IMG/VR virus record: IMGVR_UViG_3300040811_001959
Length of the DNA stretch: 64,000 nucleotides
Source of the DNA: a virus
Taxonomy: Duplodnaviria > Caudoviricetes
Direction: 5' to 3' (one strand)
Both the position numbers and the translations under genes were made by a program. This document shows, one piece after another, positions 1 through 9,544 of the stretch. The notes below the pieces were generated by a model. The model saw only the letters and a list, made by a program, of their open reading frames with translations, ran no database searches and had not been told where the DNA came from. Positions within the stretch are counted from its first letter, which is position 1, and the number at the start of each line of letters is the position of its first letter.

Positions 1-330
1 GGCAGTTACATCAGTTCCGCCGCTTGTGGACATTGACTCACTGTAGCGTACACGCAATGTATGGATTTGTCCTACTGGACCTGTCATTGGTTGAACACCA
101 ACAATTTCGTTAGCTATAACGGTTGGCATTACTCTTCTAATAACTGGTAAAATTACTCTGTTTAGGGTAGCAATATTACCTGCTGCTGTACTTCCAGCGG
201 TTGCACTTTCAACCAAATACTTTCTTGTATTTTCCAAAGTCGTTGCCATGACGCTTTTTTTCGTGCCTTGTAGGCCTTCTAGAAGTGCAGCTCTAGTATC
301 CTGCCAGCGACTCTCTAATAATTCTGACAT
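1..330 (-). CDS. gp23: Major capsid protein (T4 gp23-like), N-terminal part; runs off the window's left edge
   Basis: Not in the ORF track; translated by hand from ATG at 330: MSELLESRWQDTRAALLEGL...LNRVILPVIRRVMPTVIANEIVGVQPMTGPVGQIHTLRVRY. The 'P.IRR.MP..IA....GVQPMTGP.G.I..LR..Y' motif is typical of gp23. It follows gp21 and gp22 and has an AGGAG ribosome-binding site. Confidence 0.95.
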   Translation of the reverse strand, partial: MSELLESRWQDTRAALLEGLQGTKKSVMATTLENTRKYLVESATAGSTAAGNIATLNRVILPVIRRVMPTVIANEIVGVQPMTGPVGQIHTLRVRYSESMSTSGGTDVTA

Positions 331-343
331 CTCTTATTTCTCC

Positions 344-1438
344 TTAATTAAGTCCTGCAAGTCTACGAATGTCAATGACATTATCCCTTGCACCAGTTGT
401 CATATCTTGTTTTTGTATTTTATTGCCTGTTACTTCTTTGCCTTCTGTTATAATTGCCTTTTTTTGCTCTGGTTTTTTACCGTCAATTACGGTTGGTAAA
501 TATCTTTCAAAAGAATTTTGTAGTCTATCTGTTTGTACACTTTCTAATAAATCAAGCATAAGCTCTTTTTGTGCTTTATTTAAAGGTTCTACTAATCCAG
601 AAATAATTTTATTCCTGTTAATAGATTCATTTAGACTTTTTACTTCTTTTTGCTTTTTCTGTGTAGCAATTTTAGCTTGCTCAAGAATTTTCTTGGCTTC
701 TATTAATTGCTTGTTTTTAATATCAACAACTTTTAATAGTTTAGATGTTTCAGATTTTTCATTGAGATAGCTATTGCCATACTCAGCTGCAAATGCTTCA
801 AACAATCGTCTACCAAAGTCATTTTTTCGTGCAGTGTGAATATCTTCTTTTAATTGATGAATTTCTTTATTAAGAACTTTATCAACTAATGTAGATACTT
901 TGTTTGCACTTGTTTCTACAAACTTTGTTTTAATCTTCTTGAAATGTCCTTTAGCTTCTCTAACAAGTCTTACTTTAGTTTCAGCTAAATCTTTCTTATC
1001 AATTTGGAACTCTTTAATTTCTGATGCTAGACTTTCGATAATAAAATCTTCTAACATTCTAAATTTGTCCGCCATTGTTTTTTGATCTTCGTGTAATTCT
1101 CTAACTTCTTTTACTAAACTTTGTGTTACAAAATGCTTCATTACAGAGGCATTTTCTTTCATAGCTCTAGTATATTTGGTTTTTGCTTCAATAAGTTGCT
1201 TGCGATCTTCAACTAGTTCAGCCATTTCAGCTTCTAGTTTTTCGCTTACCATTCTATCTACAGCTTCTACCATTAAGCCTTTATCGTGCTCGTATTTTTG
1301 AGCAAATTCCTCACGAAGTTCAGCAGTAACACTTAGGCGATTTTCTTTCACCTTTGCGTTCCATGCTTCTTCAATTTCCTGGCGCACATCTTCTGAAACT
1401 ACGTTGTTCTCAAAAAGTGTTTTTAGTGCATCCAACAT
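344..1438 (-). CDS. gp22: Prohead core scaffold protein (T4 gp22-like)
   Basis: 364-aa coiled-coil protein rich in E/K, lying between the protease and major capsid genes in T4 order 21-22-23. Confidence 0.85.
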   Translation of the reverse strand: MLDALKTLFENNVVSEDVRQEIEEAWNAKVKENRLSVTAELREEFAQKYEHDKGLMVEAVDRMVSEKLEAEMAELVEDRKQLIEAKTKYTRAMKENASVMKHFVTQSLVKEVRELHEDQKTMADKFRMLEDFIIESLASEIKEFQIDKKDLAETKVRLVREAKGHFKKIKTKFVETSANKVSTLVDKVLNKEIHQLKEDIHTARKNDFGRRLFEAFAAEYGNSYLNEKSETSKLLKVVDIKNKQLIEAKKILEQAKIATQKKQKEVKSLNESINRNKIISGLVEPLNKAQKELMLDLLESVQTDRLQNSFERYLPTVIDGKKPEQKKAIITEGKEVTGNKIQKQDMTTGARDNVIDIRRLAGLN

Positions 1439-1451
1439 TATTATTCTCCTA

Positions 1452-2075
1452 TTATTGGAGTCGATTGATCATATTGATCAATGATTCTTTTAAGTACTTT
1501 TGTGCCTTTTTATCTTCTTTAGTTGCCTGTGCTAATTCATATGCCTTATATCCACCTCTTGTATTCATTAAATGTTCGTATATAGGAGTCGGATACGCAC
1601 CAGGTGCGCTAGGTTGTGCTACAACATCTACTGTAATAATTTCAAAATCACTTACATTTCCGCTTCCGTCTTCTGATACATTTCCTGACCCTCTACTTGA
1701 AACTCCTAGCTTAACTCCGCTTTCTAGCATTGTTCTTACTAATTGTCCCATAGGCGTTGGAAGGATTTTCATTTTTCCGTAGCCATTTGGACCGTCCATC
1801 CACATTTCAGTTATCATGTGACTAACACGATCCAAATTGACTGTGAGGCCTTCTGGATGATCTACTTCACCGAGAACACTATATCCACCTTGTATCTGCT
1901 CGCTGAGAGTTTTGACAGCCCTGCCAATTTCATTTACAGGATAAACACGCTGGTTTGCGTTGCGTACTCCGCCTTGTATACAAATTCCTTTCATAAACAA
2001 GTCTTTCCCTTCGTTGGCATTCTCAACGATAACTCCTGCTTGGTCAAAGGTCAAATGCTCTCGTAGTAAATTCAT
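1452..2075 (-). CDS. gp21: Prohead maturation protease (T4 gp21-like)
   Basis: Motifs GICIQGGVRNANQRVYP, LGEVDHP (catalytic His), NLDRVSH, GVSSRGSG (catalytic Ser) and DVVAQPSAPGAY. Confidence 0.95.
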   Translation of the reverse strand: MNLLREHLTFDQAGVIVENANEGKDLFMKGICIQGGVRNANQRVYPVNEIGRAVKTLSEQIQGGYSVLGEVDHPEGLTVNLDRVSHMITEMWMDGPNGYGKMKILPTPMGQLVRTMLESGVKLGVSSRGSGNVSEDGSGNVSDFEIITVDVVAQPSAPGAYPTPIYEHLMNTRGGYKAYELAQATKEDKKAQKYLKESLINMINRLQ

Positions 2076-2088
2076 CTATAAGTCCTTA

Positions 2089-3273
2089 TTATTTTGCTCT
2101 CTTTGGAGCACCGTTTAATGGGCTTCCGGCACCTTTGTCTGATGACTCTGGTTTACCTTTTCTTTCAGCACCATGTCCTGTAGAGTTTGCTTTCATTGCC
2201 GGAGCTTTTTTATTTCCTGGTACATTAACATTACCTGTATTCATGTCTTTTGGATTTTGATCACTTACTGGGTTACCATGTAAATTACCTTTATTCGCTT
2301 CAACACCTGACTCTGTTCCGCCTTTTAATATGTTTGCTGTAGTACCACCCATATCATTTTTTCCAGCTACTGGTGACTTTGTATTTGTACCATTGTCGCC
2401 CATTTTGCCATATTGATGATATTGCTCGCCGCCTACTTTATTAACATATTCTCGCATAAGTTCTGCTTGACTCAAGTTTTTTCTTGACTCATAGTTAAAA
2501 TTTTCTTCAGGCATTTCCTCTTCTTCGTCGCCCATATCCATGTCGCCTTCTTCGTCGCCCATATCCATGTCGCCTTCTTCGTCGCCCATATCCATGTCGC
2601 CTTCTTCGTCATCCATGCCCATTTCACCTTCTTCGCCGGCTAGCATTTGCTCAAACTCTGCTTTAAGATCGGCTAATTCTGCTTCAAGATCTTTAATATC
2701 ATCTTGTGTTACAGGTTCGTCACCGTCCATGTCAGCATCCATATCCATATCGCCTTCTTCGTCATCCATGTCCATTTCCATGTCATCGCCTGCGTCTCCG
2801 CCCATCATTCCCATGTCCATGTCCATTTCTGGTTCGCCTTCAACTTCAAATTCGTCTAAATTAAAGTTTTCATCAACTTCTTCGTCGTCTGATTCGTCAA
2901 CTTCTTCGTCGTCTGATTCATCGACTTCTTCGTCGTCTTCTTCTTTTGATTCGTCTAATTCGTCGTCGTCTGATTCATCAACTTCTTCGTCGTCTGATTC
3001 GTCAACTTCTTCGTCGTCTGATTCATCAACTTCTTCGTCGTCTGATTCGTCAACTTCTTCGTCTTGCTCTTCTTGTAACAAATTTTCATAAATTTGTCTT
3101 GATTTTTCTACTACAATCTCATGGAATAGATCTTCTGCTTTTGCAGTATCTTCGTTTACAAGATATTCTAGCATTTGCTGGAATTTATCTCGGCTTTCAT
3201 TTATTTTCTTTTTAGGCGCAACTTTTTTGTTAACGCTTTCTTTTACTTGTTTTCTTGTTCTTTTTTGTGCCAT
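2089..3273 (-). CDS. Highly acidic, low-complexity prohead/internal core protein
   Basis: 394 aa with long D/E/M-rich repeats, directly upstream of gp21, where T4 places its core proteins gp67/gp68. Function is inferred from position only. Confidence 0.6.
   Translation of the reverse strand: MAQKRTRKQVKESVNKKVAPKKKINESRDKFQQMLEYLVNEDTAKAEDLFHEIVVEKSRQIYENLLQEEQDEEVDESDDEEVDESDDEEVDESDDEEVDESDDDELDESKEEDDEEVDESDDEEVDESDDEEVDENFNLDEFEVEGEPEMDMDMGMMGGDAGDDMEMDMDDEEGDMDMDADMDGDEPVTQDDIKDLEAELADLKAEFEQMLAGEEGEMGMDDEEGDMDMGDEEGDMDMGDEEGDMDMGDEEEEMPEENFNYESRKNLSQAELMREYVNKVGGEQYHQYGKMGDNGTNTKSPVAGKNDMGGTTANILKGGTESGVEANKGNLHGNPVSDQNPKDMNTGNVNVPGNKKAPAMKANSTGHGAERKGKPESSDKGAGSPLNGAPKRAK
2521..2617. 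repeat. 27-nt coding tandem repeat (about 3.5 copies) encoding MGDEEGDMD
   Basis: Unit ttcttcgtcgcccatatccatgtcgcc at 2521, 2548 and 2575, with a partial copy at 2602. Confidence 0.95.
2870..3063. repeat. 24-nt coding tandem repeat encoding (D)EEVDESD, about 7 copies with one degenerate interruption
   Basis: Unit tc(a/g)tcaacttcttcgtcgtctgat is repeated; the protein reads EEVDESDD x4, ELDESKEEDD, EEVDESDD x2, EEVDE. Confidence 0.95.
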
Positions 3274-3370
3274 TGATTACTCCTATAAATTTACCAGATG
3301 GTAAGGCTGTCATAATAGTATTTACTTAAAATGTTTAAAAAGGTGCTTAAAAGATGTCAAAATGTTGTTT

Positions 3371-4080
3371 TTATGTTAAGCTATATGTTTTTTTAAAAAA
3401 TTCTTTATCTACGTTTTGAAAATTATCTAATTTTTCTAAGTCTTCGGGAGTATAGTTACCTTTATCAATAACCCTTTTAAAGATGACATCAGGGTTTTCT
3501 TTTATTACAGTTTTTGTTTGTCTTGCCCAGTTACCAAAAAATGTAGCACTATCTGAACTTTTTTTGTAGTTAGGAGTATTAGCGTAAATATTATTAAATT
3601 TTTTACCGTTGTCTAATCCTTTATAGTCAAACCCTAATATAAATATTTCTTTCCATTTATGTTGAACTGCTAACCATAATGCGGTAGGACCACTACTCCA
3701 TCCTTTGCTTGGTTGAAAAAAATTAAAATTATTCATTCTTTCGTATGCCCTATTAGGATTAGTCCAAACTTCATGTTTATTTTGATAACCTGATTTGTTA
3801 ATTTCTAGAATCATTTTTGCATCAACAGCTACTAGATACTCAGGCGAAAATTCTCTATACAACGCATTACAACCATAGATAACGCCTACATTTGAAAGTT
3901 CTTCTAATACAATATTTCGCCTAGAGTTTCCGTTACCTAATACAAAAGCAACTTGATGGGTCTTATTTTGAGATGGTTTTATAAAAAAATTTCTTTTTTT
4001 TTTTGATTTTTTGCTATTCTACGTTGTTCTCTTATGAGTTTAAATTCTTCTTTAGTGTATAATGATTTATCAATTTTCAC
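3371..4080 (-). CDS. GT42/Maf (DUF115)-fold CMP-sugar transferase-like protein, split by a one-base frameshift at an A11 tract
   Basis: GTG at 4080 overlaps the upstream TGA and reads MKIDKSLYTKEEF...KNQKKKEIFL to a stop at 3979-3981. The -1 frame continues without its own start through VAFVLGNGNSR, IYGCNALYR and SSGPTALWLAVQHKWKEIFILGFDY. These resemble the Campylobacter CstII motifs IIAGNGPS, FRCNQFY and TSG...GYKEIYLSGIDF. One extra A gives a 236-aa ORF; the track shows only 3371..3862. Confidence 0.7.
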
Positions 4081-4334
4081 ACTAACCCTTCGCCTGCTGC
4101 AGCCGCTTGGGCAGCCATTCCGTACATTTGTCTTACAAATTCAATCTCATTAGCCTTTTCTTTATCATGGAGTTCTGCTGCTTTCCTAGCACGATTTATC
4201 TGTTTAAGTGTTAATCTTGTTTTTCTAGTGTCATCTAGATCAACAACAGATTTGTCATACTGCGGTTCGTACCTATCGTCTTCGTTAGGCTCCATGGTTT
4301 CTTTGTCATAATAAAATAATTCACGTAGTATCAT
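4077..4334 (-). CDS. Small hypothetical head-module protein (85 aa)
   Basis: Likely start is ATG at 4334 (MILRELFYYD...), just downstream of a TATAAATA late promoter at 4339-4346. The track's 4424 start lies inside the portal gene. Confidence 0.75.
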   Translation of the reverse strand: MILRELFYYDKETMEPNEDDRYEPQYDKSVVDLDDTRKTRLTLKQINRARKAAELHDKEKANEIEFVRQMYGMAAQAAAAGEGLV

Positions 4335-4338
4335 ACTG

Positions 4339-4346
4339 TATTTATA
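4339..4346 (-). promoter_or_regulatory. T4-type late promoter TATAAATA
   Basis: Exact reverse complement (tatttata) overlapping the portal stop codon, just upstream of ATG 4334. Confidence 0.7.
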
Positions 4347-6096
4347 CCGTTGGTGCGGCTCCTGTATCTGCTGGTGCGGTTTCTGCTCCTGGTTCTGGCA
4401 CAGTTGCACTTGTTGGAGGTTCACCTTCGCCTCCGTCTTCCATTCCTTCGATATCTGCTATGTCTTCAGCACCGCCAATATCCGCAGATATTCCTGCTCC
4501 GCTAATTCCTACACCACGCATTTCAGCTGACGCATCTCCTCCGCCGGGTTGTAGTGTTTCATCATTCTCTTCTCGCCAAAGCCGTTCATTTTCTGCAATT
4601 TCTTCTTCACTTAATCCTAGATATCTTTTTAATGCAAAACGATTAGCAATAAATGGTATAGCTTGTATTTGTCCAAACGTACCAATCCTTTGTGTATCAA
4701 GTTCAGATTGTCTATATGCTGCAAAATTTTGTGGAGGACAAAACTTAATATCAAACATTGCAGTATCTATATTAACACCTTTTTCTAGTAAATATCTTTT
4801 AAATTCTTGATCAAATTCTTCTATCAACAAGTTTTGTAAACGTTCGCAATAGGTATTAAATCTCAATTCTTGTATGTAAGCTGTGCCTACTCTACCGTCG
4901 TTGTATTGAGCATTGCTATCGTCAGCACCGGTGGGTAGGTAACTGCTAGGTATACGTAAGCCTCTTACTAATTTATTTGTAAAGTAACGTAGGTCATCTA
5001 TCTCGCCTAGATTAGTTCCGCCTGGCAATGTTTCAACTTTACTGCCTCTACCTTCTGCAGTTTGAGGAAAAAAGTAATCTTCGTTGATTGACAGAGGATT
5101 ATAGCTACTGTCTATGACGTTTGTTCCTCCTCCTGTCTTGGATGGTATTCTCCGCTGATGGATTTCCGTTTTGACACGCTCAACAAACTGCATTGCAAGA
5201 TGGCTAGGCATGTTACCCACATCAACATAAAAAACTCTTCTCTCAGGTGCTCTTTGCACTCTGTAAATTATAATTGCATCTTCTAGTAATTCTTTTTGTT
5301 TGTAAACTTTGAAAATACTTTCTAATAAACTGTTACCGAAAGGAAAATTCTCATCTAATCCTTCGCTTAAACTAATGTGTAGAATATGATCTGCATTTAC
5401 TGCAATCTCTTCTTGTTCAAGCATAAATCTCGAGCCACCTTGGGTTGGATTCGTTGGTCCAACCATTCCCCTAGCACCGCCTGTTAAGTAACCTGTTCCG
5501 CCTCCAGTTACACTACCATTTGTTTGCAAAGGTTGTGTTGCAACAAGATCTTTAAAATTTAAAGCTACATCTTGTACGATGTATTGCTCAGGTTCTTTGC
5601 CTTCACTTTCGTTAACTATTATACGATTTACTTTTGCAGGATCAACATAAAATAATTTTTTTGTTTCCGGATCTCTTAAGAAAAAAGTATCGCCATATTT
5701 GAATGTATTCCTTACAATTCTAAACATTCTCGTTTCAAATTCTTGGAGTTTATACCATTGTTTTAGGTATTCGCTTAGGATTTGTACTTCGGTGTTTGTA
5801 GCATTCTTATAAAATTTAAATTCAAAATGGGTATCATTCTTTTTATTTTTTTGCGTACAAAATTCCGCAAGGATATCAAGTGCAGCATTTACTTCTGAAT
5901 CCATATCCATAGTATTGTACTGTCCATATCTTTCTACACGATTAGGAGCTCCAGTATAGATATCTGGTAAGAACGAATTATAATTTGATCTTGCTGGTCC
6001 AGGTTTATTTGAAAATTCTCTCCCGCTAATAGGACTTTGCGATTCAGTTCGTGACCCAGCTTTATTTACTGGTGTAAAATATTTTTTCCAACTCAT
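4342..6096 (-). CDS. gp20: Portal vertex protein (T4 gp20-like)
   Basis: Motifs LLEDAIIIYRVQRAPERRVFYVDVGNMP, EDYFFPQTAEGRGSKVETLPGG, LGEIDDLRYF and ELRFNTYCERLQ, characteristic of gp20. Confidence 0.95.
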   Translation of the reverse strand: MSWKKYFTPVNKAGSRTESQSPISGREFSNKPGPARSNYNSFLPDIYTGAPNRVERYGQYNTMDMDSEVNAALDILAEFCTQKNKKNDTHFEFKFYKNATNTEVQILSEYLKQWYKLQEFETRMFRIVRNTFKYGDTFFLRDPETKKLFYVDPAKVNRIIVNESEGKEPEQYIVQDVALNFKDLVATQPLQTNGSVTGGGTGYLTGGARGMVGPTNPTQGGSRFMLEQEEIAVNADHILHISLSEGLDENFPFGNSLLESIFKVYKQKELLEDAIIIYRVQRAPERRVFYVDVGNMPSHLAMQFVERVKTEIHQRRIPSKTGGGTNVIDSSYNPLSINEDYFFPQTAEGRGSKVETLPGGTNLGEIDDLRYFTNKLVRGLRIPSSYLPTGADDSNAQYNDGRVGTAYIQELRFNTYCERLQNLLIEEFDQEFKRYLLEKGVNIDTAMFDIKFCPPQNFAAYRQSELDTQRIGTFGQIQAIPFIANRFALKRYLGLSEEEIAENERLWREENDETLQPGGGDASAEMRGVGISGAGISADIGGAEDIADIEGMEDGGEGEPPTSATVPEPGAETAPADTGAAPTV

Positions 6097-6113
6097 TTTT
6101 TATTAAATTCCTA

Positions 6114-8645
6114 TTAAGCAAAGGTCGAATTTGATCTGATTTCTTCTAAATTTCTCTTGTATAAGTTCATTGTTTGTGTATTTATGCCAATTAGTGCTAT
6201 AACATTATTATTGAGACTTACTAACTGTTTTTCCATATTATTTTCTGTTGGTTGGTCACCGGCTAATGTTGTAGGTCCTTCCAGTTGTCCAATTAATTGT
6301 CCTATCTGCATGCTTAGAGTATCTATGCTTTTTTGTAAAGTATTTGATTGTCCTTGTATATTATCTGCTAAATTTTTAACATTTAAATTTGCATCTGCAA
6401 CAGGATCTTTAGGCATGCTTGCAACTTCTAGTTGAGGTGGTTCTGTTCCAACTTGTGAATAATCTTTTGTATAAGTTGCTCGCATTTGTAAGGCTAGATC
6501 TTGTATCTTATCAAATGATTCAGATCCATTTTCTTCAATAATTTTTTGGAAGTCTTCAAAATTAGGAGTTCCTGCTACTAAATCGTTAAAAACAGTTTTC
6601 ATTTCAGGTCCAAGACTTGCTACTTGTTCCTTTATACTATTCTGTTCTGCTGTCTTTGCTTGATCTTCTTTTTCAAAACTTGACATTAGATTTGCTATTT
6701 CTGTTACTTCCGATGGTTGATCTTTTACCTTAACATTTGCTTCGGCTACCGTTGGAGGTTGATTTAGTCCTTTGGTTTCAGCTTTTGATAGCTCTATAAT
6801 TTTTCCAAGTTGGTCTATTGATAGATTATTATCTAACCATTCTAGCAAAGGTTGCCAAAAATCATCGTTATTTTCAATACCGTATGTAGGTTCTGTGGCA
6901 GGATTTTCTTGTACCTGTGTTTCTATTTGTTGAACAGTTTCTTCTTTCTTTTGCTGAAGCTGTTGTTCTCTTTCCTTTATTCTAGCATCGCCTAAATTTT
7001 TAAGTTCCTCATAAATTTTAAGATCTGTGTCAGTGGCTTCTAAGTTTAGATCATCAAAAAATTTAGCTCCTAGCTGCTCTCTTATGTCTGCTTTCTTTTG
7101 AGTATCACCTGCTCCAAGCTTCATATATTCATTATATTTTTCTATATCCTTTTCTGTTATATCATATAATTTTTTTTGCTCTTCGCTTAATGAATTTAGC
7201 GCAGCACCAATGTCATCTTTAAAGAAAGGCAAATCGCCTATTTTGTTATACACATTATCTACTAAATCTCCTGCAGTGTTAGTATTTCTTGACATGGTAT
7301 TAGCTGTACGACCTAAATTGACATCTTGATTCGCAAGGGTGTCTCCTACATTTTCTTGGAATCGTGTAGCTGCATCTGTTGCTTGTTTTCCAGCTTGATC
7401 ATATATTTGCTTCATATTAGTACCGGCTACTAAACCAGATGCTTCGTCGGTGACCCTTTGAATAGAATTAGCAACTGCTTTGTTCCATGCATCAAGGAAA
7501 GTTACACTTTCGCCGGTGGTTGCTTTTAAGTCATCCATGTTGCCACGTACTGCGTCAATTATTGGACCCATTTCGGATAAAGCATCAGCCTGCCCTTTAG
7601 CCACATCACTAACCTGAGATAATGTTGCAATAGTTAATCCCATTTCGCTTTGTGCAAATTCTGCTCCTTTTGCAGCCGCTTCTTCTGTCAATCTCTGTGC
7701 TTCTTCAACATCTCCTGCTTTTGTAGCCTGTGCCGCTTTTACCAATAGATTATAAGCTTCTCCGTTTACAGCCGCAAAATTTTGTGTTGCTTCGGACATA
7801 GGAACACCTGTTTGAATTAAGTCATCTAACAAGTCCTGCATTACTTTTGGAGATTTTTGTAAAGCAGTTTGAGCTTCAGTGTAAGCTGATGCTACATTTG
7901 CACCAGCAGCACCTGCTTGTTTTTCTGCTTTCATTAAAGCAGCCCTTGTTGCTCCGTCACGTAAACGAGCGCTTTGCTCGTCCTGCATTTGTTTTGCACT
8001 CTTACCAGTCAACGCTGATATGACTTTTAATTGTTTTGCATATTCAGCAGCTTGGGCAACTTCTTGTTGGGCTGTCATTTGTGCCATCCTGTTACTTCTC
8101 TGTTGAGTAGCAAGATATCGTGTTGTAAATTCAGTTGCTTCGTCGATAGAATAACCTAGATTCATAAACTGATTTATGATTGCACTCTGTCCTTGGTTTG
8201 AATCGTTTAACGCTTTGCCGTATTCGCCTATACGCTTTGTTCCTTGACTTACACCTCCAGCAAATGCAGCGAGCTGCTGGCTATTTTCTTGAGCAAATCT
8301 TGTAAATTGGTCAATACTCATCCTTGATTCGTTAAACGAGGAACGCAATTCAAATATGCTTCCAGAAAGTCCTGCTCCTGATTTAGCAAGTGTGTTGTAC
8401 ATATTATTTGTTTCACCTATGTACTCAGTTGCTACATTTAATGCCGAGCCAAGCATACCTAACGCCGAGCCAAGCACAGGAATACTGCCGGCTGTATCTC
8501 TAAATGTCTTAGCCATATCATCAGCTGACACTGTACCTGCCCTAAGGGCTCCGTTCAAGGTTCCTAAACTATTTGAAACACCGTTTATACTATCTTTAAG
8601 GGCTTTTAAAGCCTCATCTGAAAGTTGCTTTGCTTCATCTGCCAT
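6114..8645 (-). CDS. Putative tail tape-measure/hub protein (gp29-like)
   Basis: 843-aa helical protein rich in A/Q/E with a tape-measure-like N-terminal half; adjacent to the gp26/gp51-like chaperones; own late promoter at 8685-8692. Confidence 0.6.
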   Translation of the reverse strand: MADEAKQLSDEALKALKDSINGVSNSLGTLNGALRAGTVSADDMAKTFRDTAGSIPVLGSALGMLGSALNVATEYIGETNNMYNTLAKSGAGLSGSIFELRSSFNESRMSIDQFTRFAQENSQQLAAFAGGVSQGTKRIGEYGKALNDSNQGQSAIINQFMNLGYSIDEATEFTTRYLATQQRSNRMAQMTAQQEVAQAAEYAKQLKVISALTGKSAKQMQDEQSARLRDGATRAALMKAEKQAGAAGANVASAYTEAQTALQKSPKVMQDLLDDLIQTGVPMSEATQNFAAVNGEAYNLLVKAAQATKAGDVEEAQRLTEEAAAKGAEFAQSEMGLTIATLSQVSDVAKGQADALSEMGPIIDAVRGNMDDLKATTGESVTFLDAWNKAVANSIQRVTDEASGLVAGTNMKQIYDQAGKQATDAATRFQENVGDTLANQDVNLGRTANTMSRNTNTAGDLVDNVYNKIGDLPFFKDDIGAALNSLSEEQKKLYDITEKDIEKYNEYMKLGAGDTQKKADIREQLGAKFFDDLNLEATDTDLKIYEELKNLGDARIKEREQQLQQKKEETVQQIETQVQENPATEPTYGIENNDDFWQPLLEWLDNNLSIDQLGKIIELSKAETKGLNQPPTVAEANVKVKDQPSEVTEIANLMSSFEKEDQAKTAEQNSIKEQVASLGPEMKTVFNDLVAGTPNFEDFQKIIEENGSESFDKIQDLALQMRATYTKDYSQVGTEPPQLEVASMPKDPVADANLNVKNLADNIQGQSNTLQKSIDTLSMQIGQLIGQLEGPTTLAGDQPTENNMEKQLVSLNNNVIALIGINTQTMNLYKRNLEEIRSNSTFA

Positions 8646-8671
8646 TAATCAAACTCCTAAAAAATTGGATG

Positions 8672-8692
8672 TGTAAATATATTATATTTATA
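8672..8692. promoter_or_regulatory. Divergent pair of late-promoter motifs: TATAAATA on minus (8685-8692) and tgTAAATA on plus (8672-8679)
   Basis: Inverted repeat taaatat-att-atattta (8674-8690) in the 56-bp gap between the tape-measure-like and gp26-like genes. Confidence 0.65.
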
Positions 8693-8701
8693 GGAAAATC
8701 T

Positions 8702-9544
8702 ATGCCAAGTTTTTTAGAACAGTTTAAAAGACAACCAAAAATATTTGTTAATTTACCCAGTCAAGGTGCTTTTTATAATAATGATATAATTGAAAATAAT
8801 AAGATTACTGATATACCAGTATATGGAATGAATACTATGGACGAACTGGTGCTGAAGACACCAGATGCATTATTTTCAGGAGAAGCAACTGCAAGGATTT
8901 TAAAAAGTTGCATTCCTAGTGTGTTAGATCCGTGGAAACTGATCAACACGGATGTTGATTTCTTCTTAATTGCTATAAGGGTAGCAAGTTATGGAGAAAA
9001 ATTACCAGTAACAACAGTGTGTCCATCGTGTGAAACATCAACAGATAGTGATTTAAATTTATCAAGATTGCTTTCTCATTATGACGATATAAATGGTTAT
9101 ACCACTGTAAATTATAACGGTCTTATAATTACTGTTAGATCAATTACCTACCAAAGTGCAACTGAAATTAGCAAAGAAAACTATGTGAATGAAAAAAGTT
9201 TGTTGAACATTACAACATCAAATGCACTTAGTGATGAACAAAAAGATAAACAAAAGCAGACGATTTACGATCATATGACACGGGTGAATTTTAAAAGTAT
9301 ATTACAGCATATAGACAATATTTCCGACGGAGAAAATATAGAAAAAGATCCAATTGAAATTAATAATTTCTTTGCTGATGCGGACAGAGATTTATTTGAA
9401 TTATTGGCATCTACTATTAAAAAATTAAATAAAGAATGGGAAATGCCTGACATGTCAGTGATTTGTTCTAATGAAGATTGTAAAAAAAGCTATAAGAGTA
9501 AAATTACCATAGACTACAGTACTTTTTTCGCCGCCAGATCCTAA
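8702..9544 (+). CDS. gp26: T4 gp26-like baseplate hub assembly / tail chaperone (short 'G' form, 280 aa)
   Basis: Likely start is ATG 8702 (MPSFLEQF). Motifs LPSQG..Y, MNTMDEL.LKTPDAL, DVDFFLIAIR.ASYG, CPSC and CSNEDC; ends STFFAARS*. Confidence 0.75.
   Translation: MPSFLEQFKRQPKIFVNLPSQGAFYNNDIIENNKITDIPVYGMNTMDELVLKTPDALFSGEATARILKSCIPSVLDPWKLINTDVDFFLIAIRVASYGEKLPVTTVCPSCETSTDSDLNLSRLLSHYDDINGYTTVNYNGLIITVRSITYQSATEISKENYVNEKSLLNITTSNALSDEQKDKQKQTIYDHMTRVNFKSILQHIDNISDGENIEKDPIEINNFFADADRDLFELLASTIKKLNKEWEMPDMSVICSNEDCKKSYKSKITIDYSTFFAARS

Noticed and set aside
2521-3063. Regular 24/27-nt repeats resembling a CRISPR array
   Set aside because: The units are head-to-tail with no unique spacers, their lengths are multiples of 3, and they lie in frame within a coding sequence; no cas genes are present.
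3332-3360. TTGACA (minus, 3360-3355) as a sigma70 promoter for the acidic head protein
   Set aside because: The hexamer at 17-nt spacing is TAAACA, a poor -10. The nearby agTAAATA late-type motif (3319-3326) fits a head gene better.
248-6435. Plus-strand track ORFs (248..499, 369..770, 900..1085, 1354..1782, 1743..2066, 2540..3091, 4460..4810, 6157..6435) and the alternate-frame ORF 2946..3215
   Set aside because: They are antisense or off-frame shadows of well-supported head genes. The Ser-rich and Arg/Leu repeat translations are artefacts of the acidic repeats.
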